64,000 bases of DNA from a virus. Lineage: Duplodnaviria; Caudoviricetes. Under the pieces are notes generated by a model, which saw only the letters and a program-made list of their open reading frames with translations, was not told the origin of the DNA and did not search any database. The position numbers were made by a program, and so were the translations under genes. The DNA lies in IMG/VR virus record IMGVR_UViG_2933953506_000001, positions 2,540 through 66,539 of that record. One strand, given 5' to 3'. Below, piece after piece: positions 9,657-19,196 of this stretch. How positions within the stretch are numbered: the stretch's first letter is position 1; each line of letters begins with the position of its first letter.

Positions 9657-10148
9657 TCAGGACTTCGGGGCGGGTGCGATCTTCGCAACCCACTCGCGGG
9701 TCATGCCGGACCAGCGGGCCATGTCCGACGGACCGACGCCTTGCGCGCGCCAGGCCACGAACAGCTCGCGCAGCGCGGTGTCGTCCCGCTCAAAGGCGGC
9801 AACGGCGCGGGCGCGCCTCTCCGTGGCGGCGCGGATCTCGGCCTCGGCTTTGCTGACCTCGGCTGTCGTCATCATCTGCTCAGGAACATGGGCGATCAGG
9901 TGCGGTCGCACCGTGTTGAAGGCGGGGCCTTCGGTGTGGATGGCCAGAGCCTCCGCCTGGAGCGCCAGCGCTCGCGTCGCGTACCACGTGACCTGCTTGT
10001 CAGCGACCTTCGGCCACCAGCCCTTGTCCCCTCGGTGCTGCTTCCAGCGAAAGGCAGGGTCGTTGGTAATGCCGACGTACAGCAGCCCTCCCCGCCTGTC
10101 GAAGAGGCGGTAGAGGGCGGTGCGCTCGTTCATGTCTGGCGTGGGCAA
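9657..10148 (-). CDS. GIY-YIG nuclease domain fused to C-terminal HTH
   Basis: ALYRLFD...LLYVGITNDPxxRWxQH...E...I...P.FN; C-terminal GPSDMARWSGMTREWVAKI. Confidence 0.85.
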   Translation of the reverse strand: MPTPDMNERTALYRLFDRRGGLLYVGITNDPAFRWKQHRGDKGWWPKVADKQVTWYATRALALQAEALAIHTEGPAFNTVRPHLIAHVPEQMMTTAEVSKAEAEIRAATERRARAVAAFERDDTALRELFVAWRAQGVGPSDMARWSGMTREWVAKIAPAPKS

Positions 10149-10163
10149 CGGCGGTCTCCTCGG

Positions 10164-10427
10164 TCAGGCCGGGGAGTCGTCTCCCGGCCGGGCTTTCTTC
10201 CTGCTGGTGACGGTCGGCTCACGAAGTCGGCCGATGTCATTGGCACGGGCGATCCGACGGATCGTCTCGTAGCTGTAGCCAGTCGCGGAGGCCACCGTCT
10301 TCGGCCTGATTCCGGCACGCAGGGCGTCGACGACGGCGGTCTCGAACTGCTTGGCAGCAGCGTCTTCGGCGGCGCGCTTGGCGTCCGCCGCCTGCTTCAG
10401 GCGGGTCACGGCTTCCTCCTCGGTCAT
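10164..10427 (-). CDS. small coiled-coil + HTH regulator
   Basis: ALRAGIRPKTVASATGYSYETIRRIAR. Confidence 0.75.
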   Translation of the reverse strand: MTEEEAVTRLKQAADAKRAAEDAAAKQFETAVVDALRAGIRPKTVASATGYSYETIRRIARANDIGRLREPTVTSRKKARPGDDSPA

Positions 10428-10445
10428 GGCGGCATGGTCCCACGC

Positions 10446-10511
10446 GGATGTGTCCACATCCAGTTGCCCAACCATAGCCAACATTCATGTGTGCAAGTGT
10501 ATGTTGGCTAT
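10446..10511. promoter_or_regulatory. divergent promoter region with two inverted repeats
   Basis: ggatgtg-tc-cacatcc (10446-10461); atagccaacat-N16-atgttggctat (10474-10511). Confidence 0.6.
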
Positions 10512-10602
10512 ATCGGTTCGCGCCACCCGCACCACAGACCTCCCTGAACTGGGGGTCTCACACACGTGCCCCGAACTTGCCCGCAAACGAAAGGAGGACT
10601 GC

Positions 10603-11385
10603 GTGACCGACATCGTGCAGGCACCGAACATCGAGGAAGCCCGCGCCCGAGCCGACCGCATCCGCTCCGGCATGCGCGTCCTCGCCGAATGGCAGCAAGA
10701 CGTCATCACCGCCTACGCCGCCCAAGACTGGGTTGCACTCGGCTATGAGACATGGGACGCGTACCTCGACGGCGAGTACGGCGAGCACCGTGTCCGGCTC
10801 CCTCGCGAACAACGCCGCGAGATCGTCGCCGGAATGTCCGCCGCGGGCATGTCCACCCGAGCCATCGGGGCGGCGCTCGGCACCGGAAACGCCACGGTGC
10901 ATCGCGATCTTCAGTCGTCTGTTTCAGATGAAACAGACGCGCGGCCCGATGTCGTCCTGTCCCTCGACGGTCGCGAGCGGCCCGCCACCCGGCCTGCGCC
11001 CGAGGAGAACTTCTGGGACGAGCCCGGCACGGACGAAGTAGTCGACGCCGAGGTCGTCGATGAACCTACGCGCTCCGAGCCGGCCAAGCCGAAGCGGCGC
11101 CCCCTCCCCGAGGCCCTCACCGACGCCGGCCGCGACCTCGCGCGCACCGCCGAACGTCTCGTCCGCCTCACCGAAGACGACCGGTTCCCCAGGAACCGGG
11201 ACATCACCCACCACCAGATGCCCGAACTCCTCGGCGCCCTGGACAACACCACCCGCCTGATCCAGGCCATGCACCTCGACCAGGCCCAGACAAGCGAAGA
11301 GGCCCGCCGCTGGTGGGCGACGAGCCTCCACAACATCTCCGACGCCCTCACCGACGTCGCCAACTCCCTCGAACAGGAGAAGTAA
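10603..11385 (+). CDS. HTH DNA-binding protein
   Basis: AAGGAGG RBS; WVALGYETWDAY and GMSTRAIGAALGTGNATVHRDL. Confidence 0.8.
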   Translation: MTDIVQAPNIEEARARADRIRSGMRVLAEWQQDVITAYAAQDWVALGYETWDAYLDGEYGEHRVRLPREQRREIVAGMSAAGMSTRAIGAALGTGNATVHRDLQSSVSDETDARPDVVLSLDGRERPATRPAPEENFWDEPGTDEVVDAEVVDEPTRSEPAKPKRRPLPEALTDAGRDLARTAERLVRLTEDDRFPRNRDITHHQMPELLGALDNTTRLIQAMHLDQAQTSEEARRWWATSLHNISDALTDVANSLEQEK

Positions 11386-12266
11386 TGAACAATCCCATCG
11401 TACCCAGCACCACCCACGACGGCCCGATCTACACCGTCGTCGACATCACCCCCGACCTCGCCAAGAAGTGGCTCGCCCAAAACACCCACAACCGCAACCT
11501 CCGCGAGCGCGTCGTCAACGGCTACGCCGCCGACATGCGTGACGGGAACTGGGTCGAGGACGGCCAGAGCATCAAGTTCGCCAAGGGCGACACCGTCCTC
11601 CTCGACAACCCGCCCATCATCGGCGGCGCACTCCTCGACGGCCAGCACCGCCTCAGCGCCGTCGCCACCGCCAACACCACCATCCGCATGCTCGTCGTCT
11701 CCAACCTGCTCGACAGCACGCAGGAGACCATGGACACCGGCGCCAAGCGCAGCCTCGGCGACGTCCTCAAACTCCGCGGCGAGGAGCACTACGTCTCCCT
11801 GGCCGCCGCCCTTCTCCGCGTCTTCGTATGGAAGCACGGAGCCCGCCGCAACCTCAGGCTTGCAGGAGAAGCGCGCCCGACACACCGCCAGCTCCTCAAG
11901 GTCCTCGAAGAGCACCCCGAACTGCGACGCTCCGCCGAGATCGCAGGCCGCGTCAGGAGCTCCGTTCGCCTCACGTCCAGCACCGCCGGCCTGTGTCACT
12001 GGCTCTTCAACCAGATCGATCGGGTCGACTGCGCCTTCTTCTTCGCCCGCCTCTGCGACGGCGCTGGCCTGATGCCCGGCGACCCCGTCTACGCCCTGCG
12101 TCGGGTGGTGGAGAACCTCGCCAAGGGGACCGGCCGCCCCGACGAGGCGTACATGACCGCGTTGGTGATCAAGGCGTGGAACCTCTACCGGGCTGGCCAG
12201 GAAGTCCAAACGCTCGCCTTCAAGTCCGGTGGAGCGACCCCTGAGGCGTACCCCGAGCCTAAGTAG
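11385..12266 (+). CDS. ParB/Srx-like (DGQHR) domain protein
   Basis: ITPDLAKKWL...NR...YAADM...LLDGQHRL. Confidence 0.8.
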   Translation: MNNPIVPSTTHDGPIYTVVDITPDLAKKWLAQNTHNRNLRERVVNGYAADMRDGNWVEDGQSIKFAKGDTVLLDNPPIIGGALLDGQHRLSAVATANTTIRMLVVSNLLDSTQETMDTGAKRSLGDVLKLRGEEHYVSLAAALLRVFVWKHGARRNLRLAGEARPTHRQLLKVLEEHPELRRSAEIAGRVRSSVRLTSSTAGLCHWLFNQIDRVDCAFFFARLCDGAGLMPGDPVYALRRVVENLAKGTGRPDEAYMTALVIKAWNLYRAGQEVQTLAFKSGGATPEAYPEPK

Positions 12267-12339
12267 CACCACCCGCGGGGCCGCTGGCGCGCGGCGGCCC
12301 CGCCTCCTTCCTGATCAGTACGGACGAGAGAAGCTCTTC

Positions 12340-13278
12340 ATGGCCTGGTTCGCCCTCGACGACGGGTTCGACACGCACCCCAAGGTGCGCAAGGCGGGCA
12401 ATGCCGCCGTCGGTCTGTTCGTGCGCCTCGGCGTGCACGCAACCAGGCACCTCACGGAGGGCCACCTCGACGGCGACATCGTCCGCAGCTACGGCACCGA
12501 ACCCAACGTGCGCAAACTCATCGCCGTCGGTCTGCTCCATGCAGCCGGACACCAGTGCCCACGGTGCGAGCAGCCGGCCGACGGCGACTACGTCATCCAC
12601 GACTATCTCGACTACAACAAGTCCCGCGCGCAGATCGAGAACGCCCGCGAAGCCGCCCGGAAACGGCAGCAGAAGGGCCGCGACACGGCCCGCTCGAACC
12701 GGAATCACGCGCGAATCGGCTCCGATTCGGGCTCGATTCGGAGCGGAAACGGATCCGAATCGGAGCGGAAACGGGGCCGAAAAGACCCCCTGTTTGACGA
12801 CTCCACCGCAGGTCAGGACGGCCTGTCACGGCGTGACACCCATGAGGGTGCAACGGGTGTCCCCTCCCCTCCCCTCCCCTCCCATAACTACGACGTGGCT
12901 GATGTAGATGGGGGATCTACCGGTAGTAGGGCCGCTGATCTTGACGCTCTTGCGCCCGCTCCTATTGAAGTCGACGGCTTCCAGCTGACCGACTCCATGC
13001 GCCGCTGGTGCCACGCCACCTACCCGGCCCTCGACGTCGACCACGCCACCGCCCAGTTCGTATCCCACTACCGCTCCACCGGCGCCCGCCGAAAGTCGTG
13101 GCCCGACGCCTGGCAGAAGTGGATCCGCGACGACGCCCAACGCGCCGCACAACGCCGCCCGTACACGCCCTCCAACGTCATCGCCCTCCCCGGCCAGCCG
13201 CTCACCGGAACCGACGCGAAGGTCGCCGGCTGGGCTGCCATCGCTGCGCAACTCGCCGAGCAAGGAGACTCCGCGTGA
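12340..13278 (+). CDS. phage replication initiator (Rep)
   Basis: MAWFALDDGFDTHPKV N-terminus, HDYLDYN, low-complexity linker with DNA repeats, C-terminal FVSHY...WQKWI domain. Confidence 0.75.
   Translation: MAWFALDDGFDTHPKVRKAGNAAVGLFVRLGVHATRHLTEGHLDGDIVRSYGTEPNVRKLIAVGLLHAAGHQCPRCEQPADGDYVIHDYLDYNKSRAQIENAREAARKRQQKGRDTARSNRNHARIGSDSGSIRSGNGSESERKRGRKDPLFDDSTAGQDGLSRRDTHEGATGVPSPPLPSHNYDVADVDGGSTGSRAADLDALAPAPIEVDGFQLTDSMRRWCHATYPALDVDHATAQFVSHYRSTGARRKSWPDAWQKWIRDDAQRAAQRRPYTPSNVIALPGQPLTGTDAKVAGWAAIAAQLAEQGDSA
12695..12790. repeat. iteron-like repeats inside rep (candidate origin)
   Basis: ggagcggaaacgg twice plus several gaatcgg/gattcgg units. Confidence 0.5.
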
Positions 13279-14042
13279 ACCCGACCGAAGCGGCCGAACT
13301 CCTCGGCCACGCCGCAGCCTTCGACAACCGCAACCCGTCCGCCGCTGCTGCCGTCGCCTGGGCCGCCGCCCTCGACGACGTCCCGTTGGACACGGACGCG
13401 AAGGCTGCGGTGGCGGTCTACTACCGCACCCCGCCGCAGAACCCGAACGAACGCCTGTGGATCCTCCCGCACCACATCCGCACCCTCCGCTCCAAGATCC
13501 GCAGCAAGCGGCTGGAGAACTTCCAGTACGAGCCGATCGCCGACGAGACCGACGCCGAGTTCCTGGCCCGCTACCGCGGCCAGGTCCAGGCCATCGCCTC
13601 CGGCCGCTCACCGGCACCCGTCGGCCGGCTCGCTCTCACCGGCGGCCCGGCGAAGAACGTCATGGAGGAGTTGGAAGCCCGTGGCTGGGAAGGCAACCGC
13701 ACCGTCCCGGACTCCGACGAGGAGGCCGTCGCCGCGGAGTTGATCGACACGGTCCGCCGTACCGGCCCGCTCGGCGTCCAGTGCCCCGCCTGCGGAGCGG
13801 CCATAGGGCGCCCGTGCAAGACGCCCGGGGGCTCGGAGAAGCGGCCACTGGGCAAGCCCCGCCCCAAGCCGCACAGCGCCCGCCTACGGGCCGCCGAGGG
13901 CGTCGCGGAGGCCACGGAGGCGGAACGCGAAGCGCAGGCAGACCGCATCCGGCAGATGTCCGCCGCCCACCTCGCCCGCCAGCAGGCCAACGCCGAGGAC
14001 ATCCCGGACGCCGTGATCGTCGACGAGGAGCCGAAGCCGTGA
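13275..14042 (+). CDS. helicase loader/inhibitor-like protein with zinc finger
   Basis: Directly after rep; EAAELL...DNR...AW...WILPHHI; CPACGA...C...H. Confidence 0.65.
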   Translation: MNPTEAAELLGHAAAFDNRNPSAAAAVAWAAALDDVPLDTDAKAAVAVYYRTPPQNPNERLWILPHHIRTLRSKIRSKRLENFQYEPIADETDAEFLARYRGQVQAIASGRSPAPVGRLALTGGPAKNVMEELEARGWEGNRTVPDSDEEAVAAELIDTVRRTGPLGVQCPACGAAIGRPCKTPGGSEKRPLGKPRPKPHSARLRAAEGVAEATEAEREAQADRIRQMSAAHLARQQANAEDIPDAVIVDEEPKP

Positions 14043-14353
14043 CCGACCGCCCGCGTTACACCGCGCCCATGCCCGACGAACTCCACCACCAGCTGCGTAC
14101 CGGCCAACACCCCGCCCGCTCCGTGCCCTGCACCCACTGCGGGGCACGAGCCCACCAGCCGTGCACGTTGCGCAAGTCCGGCCGGCTGCTCCCGAAGCCG
14201 CACCCGCAGCGCATGACCGACTGGGCCCGCACCACCGCCTGCTGCCCGGAATGCCAGGGCGAGCCCGGAATCACCTGCCGCACCCCGGACGGCTTCCCGC
14301 TCACCACCGTCCACGCCCGCCGCTACCAGGAAGCAGAGGAAACGCTCGCATGA
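14039..14353 (+). CDS. tandem phage zinc-finger protein
   Basis: Two CxxCxA.P..C...H units. Confidence 0.7.
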   Translation: MTDRPRYTAPMPDELHHQLRTGQHPARSVPCTHCGARAHQPCTLRKSGRLLPKPHPQRMTDWARTTACCPECQGEPGITCRTPDGFPLTTVHARRYQEAEETLA

Positions 14354-14763
14354 CCACCACCCCGCCCGACCCGGCCATCGCCGCCACCGACCTGTGGGAC
14401 CACCTCGTCGACTGGCAGCCCGCCACCGCCGCCGCCCTGCTGTGGAAACTGCGGGCCCTCGACAACGACTGGCCGCTGCGCGTTTTCGGCGTCGGACGTC
14501 CCGATGCCGCGCTCGCCCTGCCGTCCGGCGCCGAGGGCGACGTCTACGACGACCAGGTTCCGGAGATCGCTCCGTACGCCGACGACGGCGCATGGCAGCA
14601 CTGCCCCGCCTGCGGCGAGCGCGGCGGGAACTGCCGCTACCACGATGGCTACAACACCGGACGGCACGGGTTGTACAAGCCGCTGCTGGAAGCGCTGAAG
14701 GCCGACGAGACAGTGACTGTGAAGGCGTTCCTCGCCAGCCTCGACGACGAGGCCGAAGGATGA
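14350..14763 (+). CDS. hypothetical protein
   Basis: ATGA coupling; CPAC...CRYH. Confidence 0.6.
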   Translation: MTTTPPDPAIAATDLWDHLVDWQPATAAALLWKLRALDNDWPLRVFGVGRPDAALALPSGAEGDVYDDQVPEIAPYADDGAWQHCPACGERGGNCRYHDGYNTGRHGLYKPLLEALKADETVTVKAFLASLDDEAEG

Positions 14764-14993
14764 CCGCCCGTAAGTGCGCGGGCTGCGGCCGGACGCTCCG
14801 CAAGAGCCCCGGCCCCTACGGCCCCACATGCGCCAGGAAGCTCGCAGGAGCCCCCCAGGGCGCCCGCGCAGCCCCTCCGGGCCCCCGACTGCCACCCAAG
14901 CCCCCGCAAGCCCTCACGCGCCGCCCAGCGCCCCTCACGCCCGGACAGGTCGAACTCCCCCTCGCCTACCAGCCCACCCCCTGGCCCCTCTGA
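14760..14993 (+). CDS. DUF6011-like zinc-finger protein
   Basis: CAGCGRTL...YGPTC. Confidence 0.6.
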   Translation: MTARKCAGCGRTLRKSPGPYGPTCARKLAGAPQGARAAPPGPRLPPKPPQALTRRPAPLTPGQVELPLAYQPTPWPL

Positions 14994-15006
14994 GAAAGGC
15001 ACCCCG

Positions 15007-15207
15007 ATGAGCATCCGCATCAACCTCCCCAACATCCGCACCGCCGACCGACTCATCGAAGCCCTCTACAACGCCGCCGGACAACGCCCCCACACCAGGC
15101 AAGCCACCGAATGGCTCGCCATCGCCGCCGAACTCGAAGCAGCCATCGACCAACTCCCACCCACCTACCCGCCCCGCGAACGCCACCTCCACGCCGTGAG
15201 CGCCTAA
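15007..15207 (+). CDS. hypothetical protein
   Basis: GAAAGG RBS; codon bias. Confidence 0.6.
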   Translation: MSIRINLPNIRTADRLIEALYNAAGQRPHTRQATEWLAIAAELEAAIDQLPPTYPPRERHLHAVSA

Positions 15208-15307
15208 CCCCACACCGCCGGCCACCCCAACCCGAACCGCACCGACACCGCCGCCTAACCGATCACCACCGCGCCCGCGCAACCCCACCACACGAAGGCA
15301 GACCACC

Positions 15308-15628
15308 ATGACCCGCTTCCAGCCCACCACCCAGCACCCCGGCTTCAACCACCAGTACGACGGCGTCCTCATCGTCGAGTTCGACGACGGCGACATGGCC
15401 GCCCTCACCGCCGACCGGGGCAAAGCCGAGACCGCCGTGGCCGCCCATCTCCGCAAGCAGCACGGCATCGACGACGAGACCGAACTCCGCGACGAGCTCG
15501 CCGAACTGGTGCCGCAGTGGGTGGTCTTCGAGTGGCAGCCCGAAGATCCCGAATCCGCCTGGCTCATGAAGATCGCCGATCGGGACGCCGACCAAGCCTT
15601 GCACGTGCACTACCTGCCCGCCGCCTGA
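15308..15628 (+). CDS. hypothetical protein
   Basis: GAAGG RBS; codon bias. Confidence 0.65.
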   Translation: MTRFQPTTQHPGFNHQYDGVLIVEFDDGDMAALTADRGKAETAVAAHLRKQHGIDDETELRDELAELVPQWVVFEWQPEDPESAWLMKIADRDADQALHVHYLPAA

Positions 15629-15683
15629 CCGCCCGCCCCAAACCGCGAATGCCAACCAGATGGTTGGAAACCGGAGGAAACCC

Positions 15684-16451
15684 GTGAACCAGCAGCCCAC
15701 ACCCCTCACCGACCAGCAGATCGACGACATCGAAGCCATCGCCGCCCGCGTCGCAGATGACCCGTTCTACGTGTCCGACTGCGAGGGCAGCCTGCAGGTG
15801 TGGCGCGAGAAGGCACTCACCCACGTCCGCCGCGACGAGTCCGGCGAGATCGACATGTACTCGTTCCCGTCCACGTACAAGGTCACGGACCAGATCGTCG
15901 AACTCGACCTGAGCACCTGGGATCCGGGCGAGGACGAGATCGACGACAAGCAGCGGCAGGACATCCACGATCTTGTGGAAGCGCGCGCCGTACTGCCCGT
16001 GCTCGTCGCCGAACTCCGCAGGCTCCGCGCCCGCGTCACCGAGCTGGAGGGCCCGGCCGTCGAAGCCCGCGCCGCTCTGGCCGCGCTCTGCTACGACCTC
16101 GACGACCCCGGCACGGCCGCCCTCGGCGCGCTGTACCTGCTCTCGCAGGCGACCGTCGGCGTGGACGCCCCGCGCGACGACGCTGCCGTCGCCCTGGCGC
16201 GGCACGACGCGCAGGTTCTGCGGAAGGCCGCGGAGACGCTGGAGGCGACCGACCGCGACGACGACGCGATCAACCTCCTGTACCTGCTCGCCGACGACGT
16301 GGAGCGCCCCGAGGAGACGCACGTCGTCGCGGACGACAGCGACGACCCGGAGCACGTCGACGACTGCCCCGGCTGCGAGGCGTTCACCCTCACCGGCCAC
16401 CGGGCCGCTGCTCCTGCCGTGTCTGGTGCGGCCGACAGCAGGCCGGCATGA
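15684..16451 (+). CDS. hypothetical mosaic phage protein
   Basis: GGAGG RBS; LTDQQIDDIEA start, LVAELRRLRARV coil. Confidence 0.7.
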   Translation: MNQQPTPLTDQQIDDIEAIAARVADDPFYVSDCEGSLQVWREKALTHVRRDESGEIDMYSFPSTYKVTDQIVELDLSTWDPGEDEIDDKQRQDIHDLVEARAVLPVLVAELRRLRARVTELEGPAVEARAALAALCYDLDDPGTAALGALYLLSQATVGVDAPRDDAAVALARHDAQVLRKAAETLEATDRDDDAINLLYLLADDVERPEETHVVADDSDDPEHVDDCPGCEAFTLTGHRAAAPAVSGAADSRPA

Positions 16452-17332
16452 ACGGGCGCGCGGAGTACTACCGCGACGAGCAGGTGACCCTCCTCCTCGG
16501 TGACGCCCTGGACCAACTCCGCACCCTGCCCACCGGCTCCGTCGACTGCATCGTCACCAGCCCGCCCTACTACTCGCTACGCGACTACGGCACGCCGGGC
16601 CAATACGGGCAGGAGGAAACCCCAGCCGCATACGTCGCCGCCATGCGCGCCGTCTTTGCTGAAGCCCGCCGTGTCCTCGCCGACGACGGCACGCTCTGGC
16701 TGAACCTCGGTGACACGACCGTGGCGAAGAACCTGCTGGGGATTCCCTGGTGGACAGCCTTCGCCCTCCAGGACGTCGGCTGGATCCTCCGCAACGAGAT
16801 CATCTGGAACAAGATCGACTGCATGCCCGAGTCGGTCCGCGACCGGCTCAGCAACCGGCACGAGCACCTGTTCCTGTTCACCAAGCACACCCGCTACGCG
16901 TTCGACCTGGACCCGATCCGTGAACCCGTGAGCGACGACACCAAACGCCGCCCCGTCCTCGACTGGGAGACCCGCAAGGGGCGCGGGGAAGCGATGCGTC
17001 AAGGCGCGGGCGGCGCGTCAGCAGCGGGCGTTCAGCGAGTGGCCGCGAACCCGCGCGGCCGCAACCCGGGCGACGTGTGGTCGATCCCGACTGGCCGCTA
17101 CCCCGGCGCGCACTTCGCGGTGTTCCCGATCGACCTGCCGCTCCGCTGCATCAAGGCGGGTTGCAAGCCAGGCGGAACCGTCCTCGACCCGTTCTCCGGC
17201 ACCGGCACCACCGGCGCCGCGGCCCGCCAGCTCGGCCGGAAGTACGTCGGGATCGACCTCAACCCCGCCTACCACGACCTCGCCCGCGAGCGGTTCGCGC
17301 AGGGGGTCCTCGACCTCGACCTGCCCGCATGA
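16448..17332 (+). CDS. beta-class N4-cytosine/N6-adenine DNA methyltransferase
   Basis: Motif IV TSPPY precedes motif I DPFSGTGTT; HFAVFP. Confidence 0.93.
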   Translation: MNGRAEYYRDEQVTLLLGDALDQLRTLPTGSVDCIVTSPPYYSLRDYGTPGQYGQEETPAAYVAAMRAVFAEARRVLADDGTLWLNLGDTTVAKNLLGIPWWTAFALQDVGWILRNEIIWNKIDCMPESVRDRLSNRHEHLFLFTKHTRYAFDLDPIREPVSDDTKRRPVLDWETRKGRGEAMRQGAGGASAAGVQRVAANPRGRNPGDVWSIPTGRYPGAHFAVFPIDLPLRCIKAGCKPGGTVLDPFSGTGTTGAAARQLGRKYVGIDLNPAYHDLARERFAQGVLDLDLPA

Positions 17333-17415
17333 CCGCCGCCCCGACCCCCTGACCCGTACCGGCGGCTCGCAGTCGAAGTGCGAGCCGCCGGCCCGCCCAC
17401 CTTACGGAGGAACCC

Positions 17416-18420
17416 GTGACTGACCACCGACCGCGACCGATCGATGTTTTTCACGACGAGTGCATGGCCCGAGCTGAAGCCGAGCGGGCGCCTGCCGCCT
17501 TGCCGTCTGTTGTCGTGTCCGCCAACCGGGCCACGCTGCGCGACCGGATCGCCGACACCGTCACGCCATTCCTCGCGAACTTCTCCGACGAGGAAGCCGC
17601 AAGGATCAACGCCGCCGAAGTTGCTGACGCGCTGCTGGCCGTCCTGCCCGCCCCAGCGCCCGTGTGCATCTGCGGGCACTCGAAGCAGCAGCACTTCGAG
17701 GACGCCTGCATCACCGAGATCACCGGCTGCAACTGCGGCGACTACCTGGAGCCGCAGGACGCGGCCGAGGTGATCGACCGATGGAGGCAGGCGGCCCTTC
17801 ATGCCCGCGCCACCAACCGGGCCACGCTGCTCCGGGAAGCGGCCGAGGAGGTGGCCAGCCATCCCGGTCCGATCCCGTACCGGCCGCAGCTCGACGAGGA
17901 CGGTGGCTTCTGGTGGGACACCCGCGACAGGGACGCAGTCGTCGCCCTGCTGCGCCGCATGGCCGACTGCCCGGCCTGTGAGACCGGCATCGAGCACGAC
18001 GTGCACTGCCCGACGCCGGAGTCCCACAACTGGGGCTGTGGCTGCCAGCCGGGCCCGAGCCGTGTGGCCGCCGAGGAACAGCCCGCCGAGACGCAGGCTG
18101 CCCGACCCGAGCCCGACAGCCCGCGCTGCGCCGCCTGCACGCATCCGAAGCGCGACCACGACGGCCGAGCCGACCACCGGGCCCGCTTCTCGCCGCTCGT
18201 TGCCGGGGAGCCGTGGTGCCACGCCTGCAAAGCGCCCTGCGACTACGCCGAGCGGCCCGCCGTCGGGGAGCAGCCCGACACCCAGACACGGGAGGCGCAG
18301 CGCTGCCCGGCCAAGCACGGCGCCCTCGGCCGGATTTGCAAACTCCCGCTGGGCCACACCGGGATGCACACCGGCAGCGGCCCGAACGGCGGTGCGGTCT
18401 GGGACGGAGACGCCCCGTGA
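17416..18420 (+). CDS. mosaic protein of several Cys/His zinc-binding modules
   Basis: GGAGG RBS; four Cys/His clusters. Confidence 0.7.
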   Translation: MTDHRPRPIDVFHDECMARAEAERAPAALPSVVVSANRATLRDRIADTVTPFLANFSDEEAARINAAEVADALLAVLPAPAPVCICGHSKQQHFEDACITEITGCNCGDYLEPQDAAEVIDRWRQAALHARATNRATLLREAAEEVASHPGPIPYRPQLDEDGGFWWDTRDRDAVVALLRRMADCPACETGIEHDVHCPTPESHNWGCGCQPGPSRVAAEEQPAETQAARPEPDSPRCAACTHPKRDHDGRADHRARFSPLVAGEPWCHACKAPCDYAERPAVGEQPDTQTREAQRCPAKHGALGRICKLPLGHTGMHTGSGPNGGAVWDGDAP

Positions 18421-18758
18421 CCGCCCTGCCCGCTTGCCTCCCGGCCGGGATCGCCGCCTGCATGGTCGCGGCCGGGGTGTGCGGGGCCCGTGCGCGTGGC
18501 TGTGCGGGCGCTGGAGGGCCCGAGAGCCCCTCGTGCGGCTCTCGCGACGCCGGGGGCGCTCCTGACGCCTCAGATGGGCGTGTACGGCTTCCGGTGGTTT
18601 CAGCGCCGCCGACCGGTACGACCGCAACAGGCCCGTCCTGCTCCCGCAGTTGTTGCCAGACGGCCCCGCAGCCCGTCGGCAGGGGTTTTCCCGCACCGCG
18701 CCCGCAACGGCCCTCAGAGGCCCGCACAGAGACTCTCGACCCACAGGAGACCGCATGA
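18417..18758 (+). CDS. possible hypothetical protein
   Basis: Fills gap with GTGA/ATGA overlaps; low-complexity translation. Confidence 0.3.
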   Translation: MTALPACLPAGIAACMVAAGVCGARARGCAGAGGPESPSCGSRDAGGAPDASDGRVRLPVVSAPPTGTTATGPSCSRSCCQTAPQPVGRGFPAPRPQRPSEARTETLDPQETA

Positions 18759-19126
18759 AGCCCTACCGGATCTTGGTAACCGGCAGCCGCGACTGGGAAG
18801 ACCAACAAGCCGTCTACGACGCCCTCGCCAACGTCGTCCGCCCGCTTCCCGCCGACCGCAAGATCGTCATCGTGCATGGCGCCTGCCCCACCGGCGCAGA
18901 CCAGATGGCGCACGAGTGGGCGCGCGGCTTCGGCGCCGTGATCGAGGCCCATCCCGCGAACTGGGTGAAGCACGGCCGAAAGGCAGGCCCGATCCGTAAC
19001 GCCCTCATGGTCGTCGCAGGCGCAGACATCTGCCTCGCCTTCATCAAGGACCAGTCCCGGGGCGCGTCCTACACCGCACGCCTCGCCGACTCCGCCGAAA
19101 TCCCCGTCCGCCGCTTCACCGCCTGA
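18755..19126 (+). CDS. SLOG (YspA/DUF2493-like) nucleotide-binding protein
   Basis: ILVTGSRDW, VHGACPTGAD, AGPIRN motifs. Confidence 0.88.
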   Translation: MKPYRILVTGSRDWEDQQAVYDALANVVRPLPADRKIVIVHGACPTGADQMAHEWARGFGAVIEAHPANWVKHGRKAGPIRNALMVVAGADICLAFIKDQSRGASYTARLADSAEIPVRRFTA

Positions 19127-19196
19127 GCCTGCCCCTCGGCCGCCCCCACCCGGGGCGGCCCCGCCTGAGCCGCACGCCCGACCCGAAAGGCACGAC

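Noticed and set aside
11385-12266. DGQHR protein as DndB of a phosphorothioation system
   Set aside because: No dnd/ssp genes nearby; phage ParB-like architecture
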